Source of the DNA: an uncultured Bacilli bacterium
GTDB taxonomy: Bacteria > Bacillota_I > Bacilli_A > RF39 > UBA660
NCBI GenBank assembly: GCA_934085595.1
Contig: CAKOHK010000001.1
Location: 77,429 to 141,428 of the forward strand
Reading direction: 5' to 3'
DNA: 64,000 nucleotides
Both the position numbers and the translations under genes were made by a program. Positions 18,722 through 28,848 of the stretch are shown here, piece by piece (the stretch's first letter is position 1; each line of letters opens with the position of its first letter). A model generated the notes under the pieces. That model worked only from the letters and a program-made list of their open reading frames with translations, did no database searches and was not told where the DNA came from.

Positions 18722-19924
18722 CTATTCTTCTTTTAGTAGCCAATCTATTACATTCATTTTAGTTATACCATCATAATCAGTTTCTAAATCCATGTCTAAT
18801 GTAAGTAAAACTCTCGGATAATAATCTCCTGTTTTACGAAGTGATCTTAGTTCTCTTTCTAAAACTTTTTCATCTCTTACAGTTAAAGCAACTTGATAGT
18901 ATTTTAGTCCATCTCTATTTTCTGCTACAAAATCTATTTCTAAATCATCTACTTTACCAGTATAAACTCTATATCCTCTTCTTAATAATTCAAGATATAC
19001 TATATTTTCTAATATATGTCCCATATCACTATCTGCTTTTTTACCTAGTAAATAACTTCTAAGCCCCAAATCAACCGTATAGTATTTATAATCTCTTGCT
19101 AGTAAACTTTTGCCTTTTACATCAAATCTTTCAGTTTTATAAATCAAGAAAGATTCTAAAAAAGCTGATATATAGTTTTCTACAGTATGATTACTAGTTA
19201 AAGTTCCTTTACTTGTAAGTGTATCACTTATCTTTTTAGTTGAAATAGGACTACCTATACTATCAAATATAAACTTTAATATACTTTCAAGTAACAATTT
19301 ATCTGTAATATTATTTCTAGCCATTATATCTTTATATACAATTGTACTAAATATACCATCTAAGTATTTATCTATATCATTAGGATTACTTTTCAATATG
19401 TTTATGCTCCCTGGCATACTTCCATTTCTCATGTAATCTAAAAATAATTTTGAATAATTATTATCATCAAACGCTGATATATATTCTTTAAATGAAAGTG
19501 GTAACATTTTAATTTCTATATATCTTCCAGACAATAAGGTAGCAAGTTCTCCTGATAATAAATATGCATTTGAACCCGTTATATATACATCAACATTCTT
19601 TTTTATATATAAACTATCCACTGCCCTTTGAAAATCTTTTACACTTTGAACTTCATCTATAAATATATAATATTGTTTCTTAGAACTAAGTTTATCATTA
19701 ATGTATTTATATAGTTCTTTATAATCTTTAAAATCATAGCTAGCATCTTCTAAATTAATATGTATAATTTGTTCTTTAGTAACACCATTTTCTATTAAAT
19801 AATTAATAAATAATTCAAATAATGTACTTTTGCCACACCTTCTTATACCAGTTACAACTTTTATTAAATCTTTATCTTTCCATCTTATTAATTCGTTAAG
19901 ATAATTTGTTCTTTCTATCAACAT
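18722..19924 (-). CDS. AAA+ ATPase, DUF4143 family (ATP-binding protein)
   Basis: 400 aa with Walker A GIRRCGKST and Walker B YIFIDEVQ. The architecture is typical of DUF4143/AAA_14 proteins. Confidence 0.7.
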   Translation of the reverse strand: MLIERTNYLNELIRWKDKDLIKVVTGIRRCGKSTLFELFINYLIENGVTKEQIIHINLEDASYDFKDYKELYKYINDKLSSKKQYYIFIDEVQSVKDFQRAVDSLYIKKNVDVYITGSNAYLLSGELATLLSGRYIEIKMLPLSFKEYISAFDDNNYSKLFLDYMRNGSMPGSINILKSNPNDIDKYLDGIFSTIVYKDIMARNNITDKLLLESILKFIFDSIGSPISTKKISDTLTSKGTLTSNHTVENYISAFLESFLIYKTERFDVKGKSLLARDYKYYTVDLGLRSYLLGKKADSDMGHILENIVYLELLRRGYRVYTGKVDDLEIDFVAENRDGLKYYQVALTVRDEKVLERELRSLRKTGDYYPRVLLTLDMDLETDYDGITKMNVIDWLLKEE

Positions 19925-19976
19925 AATTTAAGTTCACCTCTATTAAAAGTATATTACGTTTTCACAAAAAAGTCAA

Positions 19977-20000
19977 GTTTTGGAAAAATATTTCCAAAAC
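19977..20000. promoter_or_regulatory. Perfect 10-bp-arm palindrome GTTTTGGAAA-AATA-TTTCCAAAAC between mraY and the DUF4143 gene
   Basis: Seen directly. It lies downstream of the mraY terminator hairpin (AGAGA/TCTCT + T6 at ~20033-20058) and ~50 bp upstream of the ATPase start. It could be an operator or a second terminator. Confidence 0.35.
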
Positions 20001-20062
20001 ATTAAAAAATTATATGTAATTTGAATAAGCACAATTAAAAAAGAGAACTTAATCTCTTTATA

Positions 20063-21055
20063 TTACATCCAAACACCATAATATACAGCAATCATACCAA
20101 GTCCAAATCCAACTAGATAAAATAGCTTAACTATATCTGTTTCTTCCCAACCTAATTTTTCAAAATGATGATGTATAGGTGCCATTAAGAATACTTTCTT
20201 TCCTCTTCTTTTAATTGAATATATTTGTATTATTGATGATAATGTTTCAATAACAAATACTCCTCCGATAACTGCAAGACTTAATTCGTGTTTAGTAAGT
20301 ATTGCTACAGCCGCTAGTGTTGCTCCAAGAGCCATGCTTCCTGTATCTCCCATAAATACTTTTGCTGGATGAGAGTTAAAGTATAAAAATCCAAGTAATG
20401 AACCTACAAGTACAAAGCAGAATATTGCTATATCCTGATAACCTGTAATCCAAGTACTACCCCAAGTAATAATGCCAAAACATAAAAATGCAATCGCACT
20501 AAGCCCACCAGCAAGTCCATCAAGTCCATCAGTCAAATTAACCGCATTACTCGAACCAACAAGCAAGAATAAAATAAATATTCCATAAAACCATTTTAAA
20601 TCTATATTTATATTTAAAGATGTAATAGTTAAATAAGTATCTCCTCCACCTTTAATATATATAAAGAAGAATATAAGAGCTATAAGAACTTGAATAATTA
20701 ATTTTTGAACTATACTAAGTCCTTTATTATCATGCTCACGCACCTTTAAATAATCATCTACAAAGCCAAGTAAAGCGTATGATATAAATACAAACACAAT
20801 AATTAATATATTATGAGATAACTCAACACTACCCCTAATATAAAGTAATATCATAGCAAGTAACGTAGGTATTATAAATATAAGTCCCCCAATAGTTGGA
20901 GTTCCATTCTTAGATGCATGTCTAAAAGCAGTATACTCACTTATAGTTTGCCCTACTTTTAGTTTTCTAAGTAATGGTATTATTAAATAACCACAAATAA
21001 TAGCCCCAAATAATCCAATCATTAATCCTAAAATACTCTTAGCAAGTATCAACAT
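20063..21055 (-). CDS. mraY: Phospho-N-acetylmuramoyl-pentapeptide transferase MraY
   Basis: 330 aa polytopic membrane protein. The conserved MraY motif NAVNLTDGLDGLAGG is present. Confidence 0.9.
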   Translation of the reverse strand: MLILAKSILGLMIGLFGAIICGYLIIPLLRKLKVGQTISEYTAFRHASKNGTPTIGGLIFIIPTLLAMILLYIRGSVELSHNILIIVFVFISYALLGFVDDYLKVREHDNKGLSIVQKLIIQVLIALIFFFIYIKGGGDTYLTITSLNINIDLKWFYGIFILFLLVGSSNAVNLTDGLDGLAGGLSAIAFLCFGIITWGSTWITGYQDIAIFCFVLVGSLLGFLYFNSHPAKVFMGDTGSMALGATLAAVAILTKHELSLAVIGGVFVIETLSSIIQIYSIKRRGKKVFLMAPIHHHFEKLGWEETDIVKLFYLVGFGLGMIAVYYGVWM

Positions 21056-21111
21056 ATTTTATCACTTCCTACTATAATTATACATAAAATATTAAAAAAT
21101 ACTATACAAAA

Positions 21112-22050
21112 TTATATATTTAATAAAAAGTTTTCAATTACTTTATAACCATCAACACTACTAGATTTCATATCTATATCTATTAAATACAATTTATGTA
21201 GTATATTCATCACTTCTTTATTACTGTATAAATTAATATAATTTATCTGAGCACTAACCATATATTTATTAACTAGAAGTTCCCTTGCTATATCATCATT
21301 ATTAAACTCTTTACTAAGTATTTTAATTTGTAATAATGTTCTATACTGTTTAGATAAAGTATTAATTATAAAATATGGATCTATTATAAGCTCTTTAATA
21401 ATCTTAAACTCATTAAATATCTTTTCTTTATTTTTACTAATAACTATATTACAAAAATTAAATATTTCATTTTCCATATTCTTAGAAATAATACTTTCAA
21501 CATCACTATTAGTTATACTATTTTCTCCATATTTATAAGCAATTAATTTCATCACTTCATTAAATATATATCCATTATCACTACTATAATTATTATATCC
21601 ACATCTATTTATAATCTTACTGCATAAATCACTATTTACTTTAAATCCTTCTTCATTAAATATTTCTTTAATTTTATCAGCAAGTTTAAATCTATCTAGT
21701 TTCCCAAAGTACACAGCATTATTATTACTTTTTATTTTCTTAAATAAACTATTTTTTTCATTAATCTTTTCTTCACATTTAATAATAAGTACTTTATCAT
21801 CTATATTATCTATTATTTTATTAAACATTTCTTCTTCATCTTTATTTATATTTTTAAATGAAAAATTACTTAAAATAATTAATTTCTTATTACCAAATAT
21901 ATCATTATACATAACTTCTTCATATAATCTATCTATTTTATCTTCTTCATAGTCTAGATTTATAATATTATCTATATTACTTTCTTTTATTAAAATAGAT
22001 GTATATCTTCTAGCTAAAAAAAACTCTTCTCCATATATCAAATATATCAT
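21112..22050 (-). CDS. holA: DNA polymerase III delta subunit (HolA-like)
   Basis: 312 aa. The N-terminus MIYLIYGEEFFL is typical of delta subunits. The size and alpha-helical C-terminus fit. Confidence 0.5.
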   Translation of the reverse strand: MIYLIYGEEFFLARRYTSILIKESNIDNIINLDYEEDKIDRLYEEVMYNDIFGNKKLIILSNFSFKNINKDEEEMFNKIIDNIDDKVLIIKCEEKINEKNSLFKKIKSNNNAVYFGKLDRFKLADKIKEIFNEEGFKVNSDLCSKIINRCGYNNYSSDNGYIFNEVMKLIAYKYGENSITNSDVESIISKNMENEIFNFCNIVISKNKEKIFNEFKIIKELIIDPYFIINTLSKQYRTLLQIKILSKEFNNDDIARELLVNKYMVSAQINYINLYSNKEVMNILHKLYLIDIDMKSSSVDGYKVIENFLLNI

Positions 22051-22910
22051 TACTTAACCTCTATTATTTTAACATCTCTAGTTATAACAAAATCATTTAT
22101 ATCACTATACATATTACCATTTATATAAACACTTTTGTTTTTATATTTAATTTTAAATGTATCTAATACCTCTGTTAAACTACTATAAACTTTAGTTTTA
22201 ATTGCTACTTTATTATTATCACTTATTATACTTATCATAGTACTATCAAAAAATGAATCTTGATGTATTGCTTTACCAGCAGCCATTATATCTTCTACAT
22301 CATAAAAGACACATGATTTATCATTAAACTTTTTATTACTATGAACTATACATATATTATCAAAAGCATTTATATATTTATTATAAGCATCTATACTAAC
22401 AAAATCTTCACGAGGAACAACTATATAACATACTTTAATATTATATACATTAAGTATTTCATCTATAGTTTCAAGTATCTCATCATAAGATTCATAATTA
22501 ATAAACATATCTCCTATATCATTCTTAGAATTATAAGTACTATTAACTATTAAAGTACTCTTACTATTAAGTCTTTTATATAGTCCGTGTTTTATAAGTA
22601 AATCATTAATTTCATTCTTATTAAGACTAGAAATATCTTTATATGGATTTAATACTTTCTTTCTATCCATAAAATCATTTTCTATAATAAGTGCTTCACT
22701 ATGTCCACTTAAATAATTCATTTTCATGCTACCTGCAAGTACTCCACTTACATCACTAAATATATTACTATTATCTTTTCTAGTTCCTATTATAGAATTA
22801 TTATATATCTTTTTATCTTTTCTAATACTTAAGTTTTCTATATTATCATAAGGTATATATACAAAAGAAGGACTATAAAAAGTTAAATATTCATAAGTTT
22901 TCTTTTTCAT
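22050..22910 (-). CDS. Hypothetical protein
   Basis: 286-aa ORF with a start coupled to holA. No recognisable motifs. Confidence 0.4.
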   Translation of the reverse strand: MKKKTYEYLTFYSPSFVYIPYDNIENLSIRKDKKIYNNSIIGTRKDNSNIFSDVSGVLAGSMKMNYLSGHSEALIIENDFMDRKKVLNPYKDISSLNKNEINDLLIKHGLYKRLNSKSTLIVNSTYNSKNDIGDMFINYESYDEILETIDEILNVYNIKVCYIVVPREDFVSIDAYNKYINAFDNICIVHSNKKFNDKSCVFYDVEDIMAAGKAIHQDSFFDSTMISIISDNNKVAIKTKVYSSLTEVLDTFKIKYKNKSVYINGNMYSDINDFVITRDVKIIEVK

Positions 22911-23004
22911 ATATTCCTCCTAATAACATTATATATTAATTAATCTTTTTTTTAAAGAAAAAATTAAAAAACACACAAGATTACATCTCATGTGCTATAA
23001 ATAA

Positions 23005-23448
23005 TTATTGTAATTTAGATTTAATTAATGTACTAACTTTAGCCATATCGTATCTACCTTTTACTTTAGGAGTAACTTCTTTCATAATTTTACCCATATC
23101 TTTAATACCAACCGGCTTAACTTCAAGTATAATATCATCAACTATTTTAATTACTTCTTCTTCACTTAATTGTTCAGGTAAATATTTCTTTAATAGATTT
23201 ATTTCTCTCTTAGCATTTTCTATCAAATCATTTCTATTACCTTTTTCAAACTCTATTATAGTAGCTTCCAAAGTCTTAATTTGTTTGCTTACTACACCTA
23301 TTACTAAGTCATCAGTTATTTCTTCTAATTTATTATTTATTCTATCTAAATCAATTGCGCTTTTAAGCATACGAATCGTACCAAGAGTCTCTTTATCATG
23401 ACTCTTCATAGCTTCTTTCATATCATTAGATATTACTTGATATAACAT
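23005..23448 (-). CDS. GatB/YqeY domain protein
   Basis: 147 aa. The N-terminus LYQVISNDMKEAMKSHDKETLGTIRMLKSAIDL matches the YqeY family. It sits immediately downstream of rpsU, as in Bacillus. Confidence 0.75.
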   Translation of the reverse strand: MLYQVISNDMKEAMKSHDKETLGTIRMLKSAIDLDRINNKLEEITDDLVIGVVSKQIKTLEATIIEFEKGNRNDLIENAKREINLLKKYLPEQLSEEEVIKIVDDIILEVKPVGIKDMGKIMKEVTPKVKGRYDMAKVSTLIKSKLQ

Positions 23449-23457
23449 ATTTCCTCC

Positions 23458-23652
23458 TTAGTCGTTTCTTTTCTTATTATGTTTTCTAGCATTTTTAATG
23501 CCTTCTTTTTTAGCTTCTCTTCTAAGAACGCCTGGTTTAGAATATTCTTTTCTTTTCTTACATTCTGAAGGGATGCCACTTCTTTGAACTTTAACTTTAA
23601 ATCTCTTTAAAGCGTTTTCAATATTACCATCTTTAACATCTACATGAGTCAT
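23458..23652 (-). CDS. rpsU: 30S ribosomal protein S21
   Basis: MTHVDVKDGNIENALKRFKVKVQRSGIPSECKKRKEYSKPGVLRREAKKEGIKNARK. The internal ATG at 23652 has a GGGAGGG RBS; the ORF track extends to 23712. Confidence 0.85.
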   Translation of the reverse strand: MTHVDVKDGNIENALKRFKVKVQRSGIPSECKKRKEYSKPGVLRREAKKEGIKNARKHNKKRND

Positions 23653-23751
23653 ACTTACTACCCTCCCTTCATGACCAATTATGATTATAATACAAAATAG
23701 TCCAAATTTCAAGCACCTTTTTGCATAGATTTGACATAAAATTACATAAAA

Positions 23752-24768
23752 CTACATATTTAATAGTTCACTTATCACATCATGTAGTGTTTCACCAGTT
23801 ATTATTTTAATATTAAGATTATATTTATTACGTACTTTTATTGCTTCATCATAGTTTCCTTTAGGTACTATAAATATATCTGCTTTCTTTTTAGAAGCAC
23901 CAAGTAACTTATATTTAACTCCATCAATAATACCAATTTTCCCATTTTCATCAATAGTTCCAGTACCAGATATTTTATAGCCTTTAGTTAAATCATAACT
24001 AGTAATTTTATCATAAATATATAAAGCACACATAAGTCCTCTTGAAGCACCACTCTCATTATCTTTAAAAACATATTCAACTGTAGGATTAGTACTCACA
24101 TTCTTAACTTCAGCTATCATAACTCCCATAATAACTCTATTATTTTCTTTATATAATTTAGAATAACATTCTTTATTTTTACCATCACGAATAACACTTA
24201 TTTTTATAGTTTCACCGCTACTATACTTAGATATTATATTTTTTAAATCATTAAAATCTTTAACTTCTTCACCATTTATCTTCTTAATAATATCTCCAAC
24301 TATCATATCAGTATCACTATCATTATTAACAAAAGATACAGTTAAATCATAACTATCTATATTATAACTAATCCCAGCTTCCTTAAAAGCACTAATAACC
24401 GCATCATAACTAGTTTCTTTTAAATATATTTTATTTCTTAAAACTATTTCATCAGCATTCTCATCTTCTATTCTAGATTTATCTATACTAACAAGATCCC
24501 AATTAGGTATTATATAAGATAGTAATATAATCGGAAGAGTTCCATTTTTAGCACTTACATAAGTTAAATTAAAGCTTCCACTACTCTTATATTCATCACT
24601 AACTTTAATCCTACCATCTAAATCAATTAATGAACCAGGACTATAAATATAATAATTAAATCTAATGAAAAACCACGGTACTATAAGCAAAAATATAATA
24701 TATGCTTTATAGTTACATCTAATATCATTCTTAATATATTTTAAAACTTTATTTATAACTTCTTTCAT
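23752..24768 (-). CDS. PDZ domain + Lon-like (S16) C-terminal domain protein (YlbL/SepM-like)
   Basis: 338 aa with an N-terminal TM helix, a PDZ region and a Lon protease-like C-terminal domain. Confidence 0.6.
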   Translation of the reverse strand: MKEVINKVLKYIKNDIRCNYKAYIIFLLIVPWFFIRFNYYIYSPGSLIDLDGRIKVSDEYKSSGSFNLTYVSAKNGTLPIILLSYIIPNWDLVSIDKSRIEDENADEIVLRNKIYLKETSYDAVISAFKEAGISYNIDSYDLTVSFVNNDSDTDMIVGDIIKKINGEEVKDFNDLKNIISKYSSGETIKISVIRDGKNKECYSKLYKENNRVIMGVMIAEVKNVSTNPTVEYVFKDNESGASRGLMCALYIYDKITSYDLTKGYKISGTGTIDENGKIGIIDGVKYKLLGASKKKADIFIVPKGNYDEAIKVRNKYNLNIKIITGETLHDVISELLNM

Positions 24769-24815
24769 TTTATCCTCCCATAATAATATTATTATAACAT
24801 AAAGGAGATATGTAA

Positions 24816-25736
24816 ATGCATAAAAAATATATACTACTAACTTTTATATTAATAATATTTTTACTTAATATAAACATAGTACTTTCATCAGTAACTGAAG
24901 CTTCAGTTATATTTTATACCAAGATATTTGTATCAGTATTTCCATTTATAATATTATCAAACATATTAATATATTTTAATTATCACTTATTCTTAAATAA
25001 AATATTTAAAAAACCACTAAATAAACTATTTAATATATCTTCTTCCTCTATAATATTTATACTAAGTATTTTATCAAGTATGCCATCAAACTCTATATAT
25101 ACTAAAAACTTACTTGATAACAAATTAATAAATACTACTGAAGCAAATAAAATATTAACTTTTACATACTTTCCATCTATAAGTTTCATGATCGGTACGG
25201 TGGGTTATAAAATGTTTAATAATATTAAAATAGGTATAATTTTATTATTATCTAACTACATATATAATATTTTAATAGGTATATATTTAAGAAAAGATAA
25301 AATTAACTTCACTTTAGAAAATGAAAACTCTATCAATAAAACATCATTTTTTGATATGTTAACAAATACCATATTAAATGCATTTAAAACATGCGCTATT
25401 ATATTAGGTAACTTAATAATATTTATAATTATAATAAATATATTAAATAAATATTTAAATATAAATAATACTTTATTATCTATACTATCAGGACTACTTG
25501 AATTAACAACTGGAAGTGATATGTTATCTTTATTAGATATTAATATAAACTTAAAAATAGCTCTTACTTCTCTAATAATTAACTTTAGTGGTCTATCTAT
25601 ATTATTTCAATCTAAAAGTATATTAAATGATTATAATATAAATATAAAAAGAATATTAATTATTAAACTAATATTCTCTATAATAATATCTATTTTATTA
25701 TATATATTCTTATATTATAGTGCTTTATATTCATAA
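24816..25736 (+). CDS. Polytopic integral membrane protein (possibly YlbJ-like sporulation membrane protein)
   Basis: 306 aa with multiple hydrophobic helices. It is divergent from the YlbL-like gene, as ylbJ is in Bacillus. The match is weak. Confidence 0.45.
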   Translation: MHKKYILLTFILIIFLLNINIVLSSVTEASVIFYTKIFVSVFPFIILSNILIYFNYHLFLNKIFKKPLNKLFNISSSSIIFILSILSSMPSNSIYTKNLLDNKLINTTEANKILTFTYFPSISFMIGTVGYKMFNNIKIGIILLLSNYIYNILIGIYLRKDKINFTLENENSINKTSFFDMLTNTILNAFKTCAIILGNLIIFIIIINILNKYLNINNTLLSILSGLLELTTGSDMLSLLDININLKIALTSLIINFSGLSILFQSKSILNDYNINIKRILIIKLIFSIIISILLYIFLYYSALYS

Positions 25737-26326
25737 TTTTTATAATTTGAATATAACTTTACATCATAATTTCTATCACTAGCAATTATAGTTATAATAA
25801 ATACTTTTTCTTTATTACTTATATCTATAGTAGTATTAGTAATAGAAGCAAAATGATAATTATATACATTTATAAGTTTACTAGCACTATCATTTCCTTC
25901 ATAATTAGAAGTTGATTTAATAGTTTTAATAAACATATTTTTATCATTCTTACTATCTCTATATTCAATAGTACTATAAGTTTCAATACTAAATCCATTA
26001 CTTCCTCTATTAGTATAATTTTTTTTATCCTTTTTTATTCTAAGAGCAAGACTTCTCTCTTCCCCATCCATTAGTTTAATATTGCACATATATCTATTAT
26101 CATTTTCTTTATTACAAGAAACTTCTCTTATTCCATCATGTGCTATAAAATCATCATTTATAATATTACTAGTAAGACTACCAAATACTTTAATATCAGT
26201 ATCATTATCACTATCATTATATACTTCTCTAAGTCTTATTAAACTAGACATCATAAATACAAGTATAACACTAACAAGAGTAATACTAACAAGTAACTCT
26301 ATTAAAGTAAATCCTTTCTTATTCAT
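25715..26326 (-). CDS. Prepilin-type N-terminal cleavage/methylation domain protein (type IV pilin/pseudopilin-like)
   Basis: The N-terminus MNKKGFTLIELLVSITLVSVIL matches the class III signal (G-F-T-L-I-E, with Glu at +5). Confidence 0.7.
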   Translation of the reverse strand: MNKKGFTLIELLVSITLVSVILVFMMSSLIRLREVYNDSDNDTDIKVFGSLTSNIINDDFIAHDGIREVSCNKENDNRYMCNIKLMDGEERSLALRIKKDKKNYTNRGSNGFSIETYSTIEYRDSKNDKNMFIKTIKSTSNYEGNDSASKLINVYNYHFASITNTTIDISNKEKVFIITIIASDRNYDVKLYSNYKNYEYKAL

Positions 26327-26330
26327 ATAT

Positions 26331-26813
26331 TTACTCCATTTCTATAGAAGCATAATAATATTTCCCGTTTCTATAAAACACCCCTACTGCATAAGTCTTA
26401 TTATTATCTTTCTCTTTATCACTTATATATTCTAAATAATTAATAGTTCCACTTTGATATCTACTATAATTGTTTTTAACTTCATTACTTAGATTTTTAA
26501 TAACACCAGCATATAACAAATCATACTTTTTCATAACACTATCACATGAACTTATATATTTATTTATATCACTACTACTACAGTTATCTCTTCTAGTAAA
26601 GAAATTACTTCCATAAGTTATATAATTATCTTTAAGTGTAGTACCAATATTCATAAAAGTATAAAGAGCATATATATCACTTGAATTATCATAATATGTA
26701 TTAATATCTACTCTTTTCATAATAATAGTATAATTAACAAGTAACATACTAGTAGCTAACGCAACCACTGTAAGAACAGCAATAGTTTCTAAAAACACAA
26801 ATCCTTTTTTCAT
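26331..26813 (-). CDS. Pseudopilin-like protein
   Basis: The N-terminus MKKGFVFLETIAVLTVVAL is prepilin-like (G-F-V-F-L-E). 160 aa. Confidence 0.6.
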   Translation of the reverse strand: MKKGFVFLETIAVLTVVALATSMLLVNYTIIMKRVDINTYYDNSSDIYALYTFMNIGTTLKDNYITYGSNFFTRRDNCSSSDINKYISSCDSVMKKYDLLYAGVIKNLSNEVKNNYSRYQSGTINYLEYISDKEKDNNKTYAVGVFYRNGKYYYASIEME

Positions 26814-27712
26814 AGTTTCACCACATATGGACTATAATATTTTCCATTTCCTCTTTTAACTCTAACACTGCTTTTGAAAGATATAACGCCCTTTAAATAA
26901 GCATTAGAAGTATAACTTGTACTAACTAAAGTATTATTATATACATATATATTATTACCACTTCTTGACATAGTCCATATATTATTAGGAATATAAGAAT
27001 TAGATAAACCACTAAGTACTACTTCACTAGCACTAACAAGCCCCATAGGATATTTAAGTTTACCGTTTCCATTATAACTAGAAACACTATAAGAATAATT
27101 AGAACACTTTAACGATATACTAGAATTATACACATCAGCACAATAAACACTATCTTCTAAATAATCTTTATACTTTAATATATTATTTTCATAAAAACTA
27201 TCTAAATTATTTTTAACATTACTACTTTCATATAAATTATTACTAGTAGAATAACTAACTAAACTTCCATTATCAACACTACATGCTTCATTACTATATT
27301 TTCCATAATATATTGCCCTAACTCCAGAAGAAGTATTACTTTTAATAATTCTAAAACACATATTTCCAAGAGCCACAAAATTATTAACATCTTTTCCCCT
27401 ATAATAATATATCTTATTACTATCTAAAGTTCTATATAAAAGCCCTTCTCCATTAGTACTACTACTATTTTTAGTAAAATCTATAGAAGAATCACTAACC
27501 GGATTATTATCATTAATTATTCTGCATAAAAGAAAATCACTATCACTATCGCACATACCATAATTAAGTTTAATTTCGCTCTCTACTTTTTCATTTATAG
27601 TATTTAAATAATTAAGTTTCCTAGTATAATTAAGTACTATTATTACATTAATAAATACAAAAACTATAAAAAATGAATAAACAAGTGTAGTTGAAACAAA
27701 TCCCTTTTTCAT
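26810..27712 (-). CDS. Pseudopilin-like protein (minor pilin, lacks Glu+5)
   Basis: N-terminus MKKGFVSTTLVYSFFIVFVF. 300 aa, Ser/Tyr/Asn-rich. First gene of a three-gene overlapping operon. Confidence 0.5.
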   Translation of the reverse strand: MKKGFVSTTLVYSFFIVFVFINVIIVLNYTRKLNYLNTINEKVESEIKLNYGMCDSDSDFLLCRIINDNNPVSDSSIDFTKNSSSTNGEGLLYRTLDSNKIYYYRGKDVNNFVALGNMCFRIIKSNTSSGVRAIYYGKYSNEACSVDNGSLVSYSTSNNLYESSNVKNNLDSFYENNILKYKDYLEDSVYCADVYNSSISLKCSNYSYSVSSYNGNGKLKYPMGLVSASEVVLSGLSNSYIPNNIWTMSRSGNNIYVYNNTLVSTSYTSNAYLKGVISFKSSVRVKRGNGKYYSPYVVKL

Positions 27713-27777
27713 ATACTCTCCTACTATAATTATATATTTACTAAAATATTTTGTAAAGCATTTATTAAATAAATAAG

Positions 27778-27808
27778 TTTGACTTAAGTATATATATTAT
27801 GTTATAGT
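27778..27808 (+). promoter_or_regulatory. Sigma-A-like promoter for lipoprotein gene (TTGACT ... TGTTATAGT)
   Basis: TTGACT is at 27778-27783 and an extended -10 TGnTATAGT lies ~18 bp downstream. The GGGAGG RBS precedes ATG 27832. Confidence 0.45.
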
Positions 27809-27831
27809 ATCTTTAAATCAGGGAGGCAAAA

Positions 27832-28503
27832 ATGAAAAAGAAATTAAATAGACTTTTATCTAGTATTTTATGTACTCTTAGCATTATATCTTTAAGTTCA
27901 TGTGCTAAAGATACGAATTGTGATATTGATATTAAGCATTATCATATTTATAAAAATGAAGAAACGGGTTATAGTAAGTTTTCTAAAGGCGAAAAAGAAT
28001 ATATACATACTTTAGAAGGTACTTTATATAAAACTGATGCTTATGCTTACATAGATGATTATACTAATATGCTTTACAAAAATAATTTATCTTATGTATT
28101 TGATAATAAAGATTATTTAAGAACTAAAATGACTCGTATAGATGAAAGAGAAGAATATAAACTTGTATCTAAATATGGCTATCATTATTCTTATGAGTAT
28201 GATTATAATCCAGCGACTGAAGAATATGAATTCTTTTATGGTAATCATTACGGATATTATGAAGAGTATGATTGGGTAGAAATATCTCCATATGAATACA
28301 CTTATAATAAAGTAAGAGATATACACTACACTTATAAGTTTTATAAATATGAAGATGGTAAATTAATATCAAAAACATTTGATAAATTAGAAGATGTACC
28401 AAGTGAATATAATTTATTTAATTCTTCTTCCTTAATTGTAAAAGAAATATCTGATGATTATTATTTAACACCTGAAAATACAAAAACAATAAAAAATAAT
28501 TAA
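27832..28503 (+). CDS. Tyr-rich lipoprotein
   Basis: The signal peptide has a lipobox (LSIISLSSC-AKD). The mature part is very Tyr/Glu-rich (YEYDYNPATEEYEFFYGNHYGYYEEYDW). Confidence 0.65.
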   Translation: MKKKLNRLLSSILCTLSIISLSSCAKDTNCDIDIKHYHIYKNEETGYSKFSKGEKEYIHTLEGTLYKTDAYAYIDDYTNMLYKNNLSYVFDNKDYLRTKMTRIDEREEYKLVSKYGYHYSYEYDYNPATEEYEFFYGNHYGYYEEYDWVEISPYEYTYNKVRDIHYTYKFYKYEDGKLISKTFDKLEDVPSEYNLFNSSSLIVKEISDDYYLTPENTKTIKNN

Positions 28504-28554
28504 AAAAGTATTGAAAAACATGTATAATTATGATATATTTTATACATGTCTTAT

Positions 28555-28631
28555 GGCGATGTAGCTCAGTTGGCTAGAGCACACGGTTCATACCCGTGGT
28601 GTCGAGGGTTCGAATCCCCCCGTCGCTACCA
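28555..28631 (+). tRNA. tRNA-Met (CAT), elongator-type
   Basis: 77 nt GGCGATGTAGCTCAGTTGGCTAGAGCACACGGTTCATACCCGTGGTGTCGAGGGTTCGAATCCCCCCGTCGCTACCA. The cloverleaf has a CAU anticodon and an encoded CCA. The acceptor and anticodon arms resemble Bacillus elongator tRNA-Met. An upstream promoter TTGAAA-N17-TATATT lies at 28511-28539. Confidence 0.85.
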
Positions 28632-28665
28632 AAAAGATATTTACCCAAAACTTGGGTTTAATAAA

Positions 28666-28698
28666 AACTAATTCTAAAAAGGAATTAGTTTTTTATTA
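28666..28698 (+). terminator. Rho-independent terminator after tRNA-Met
   Basis: Stem AACTAATTC(28666-28674) loop TAAAAAG GAATTAGTT(28682-28690), followed by TTTTTATTATT. Confidence 0.7.
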
Positions 28699-28848
28699 TT
28701 CAAAATAAAAACTATAACTATAAAGTCATCTATAGCACTTCTATTATAACTTCAATATCACCACCCTTCACTTAACAAATCATATATCATAAATTGACAA
28801 ACATATCAAAAAATGATAATATAATTACCAATTTGGAGAAACACATTA

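Noticed and set aside
28555-28631. tRNA considered as initiator tRNA-fMet or tRNA-Ile2 (CAT)
   Set aside because: The 1-72 pair is G-U rather than the C-A mismatch of initiators. Three consecutive G-C pairs at the anticodon stem base are absent. The overall sequence most closely parallels elongator tRNA-Met. A lysidine-tRNA-Ile2 identity cannot be fully excluded from sequence alone.
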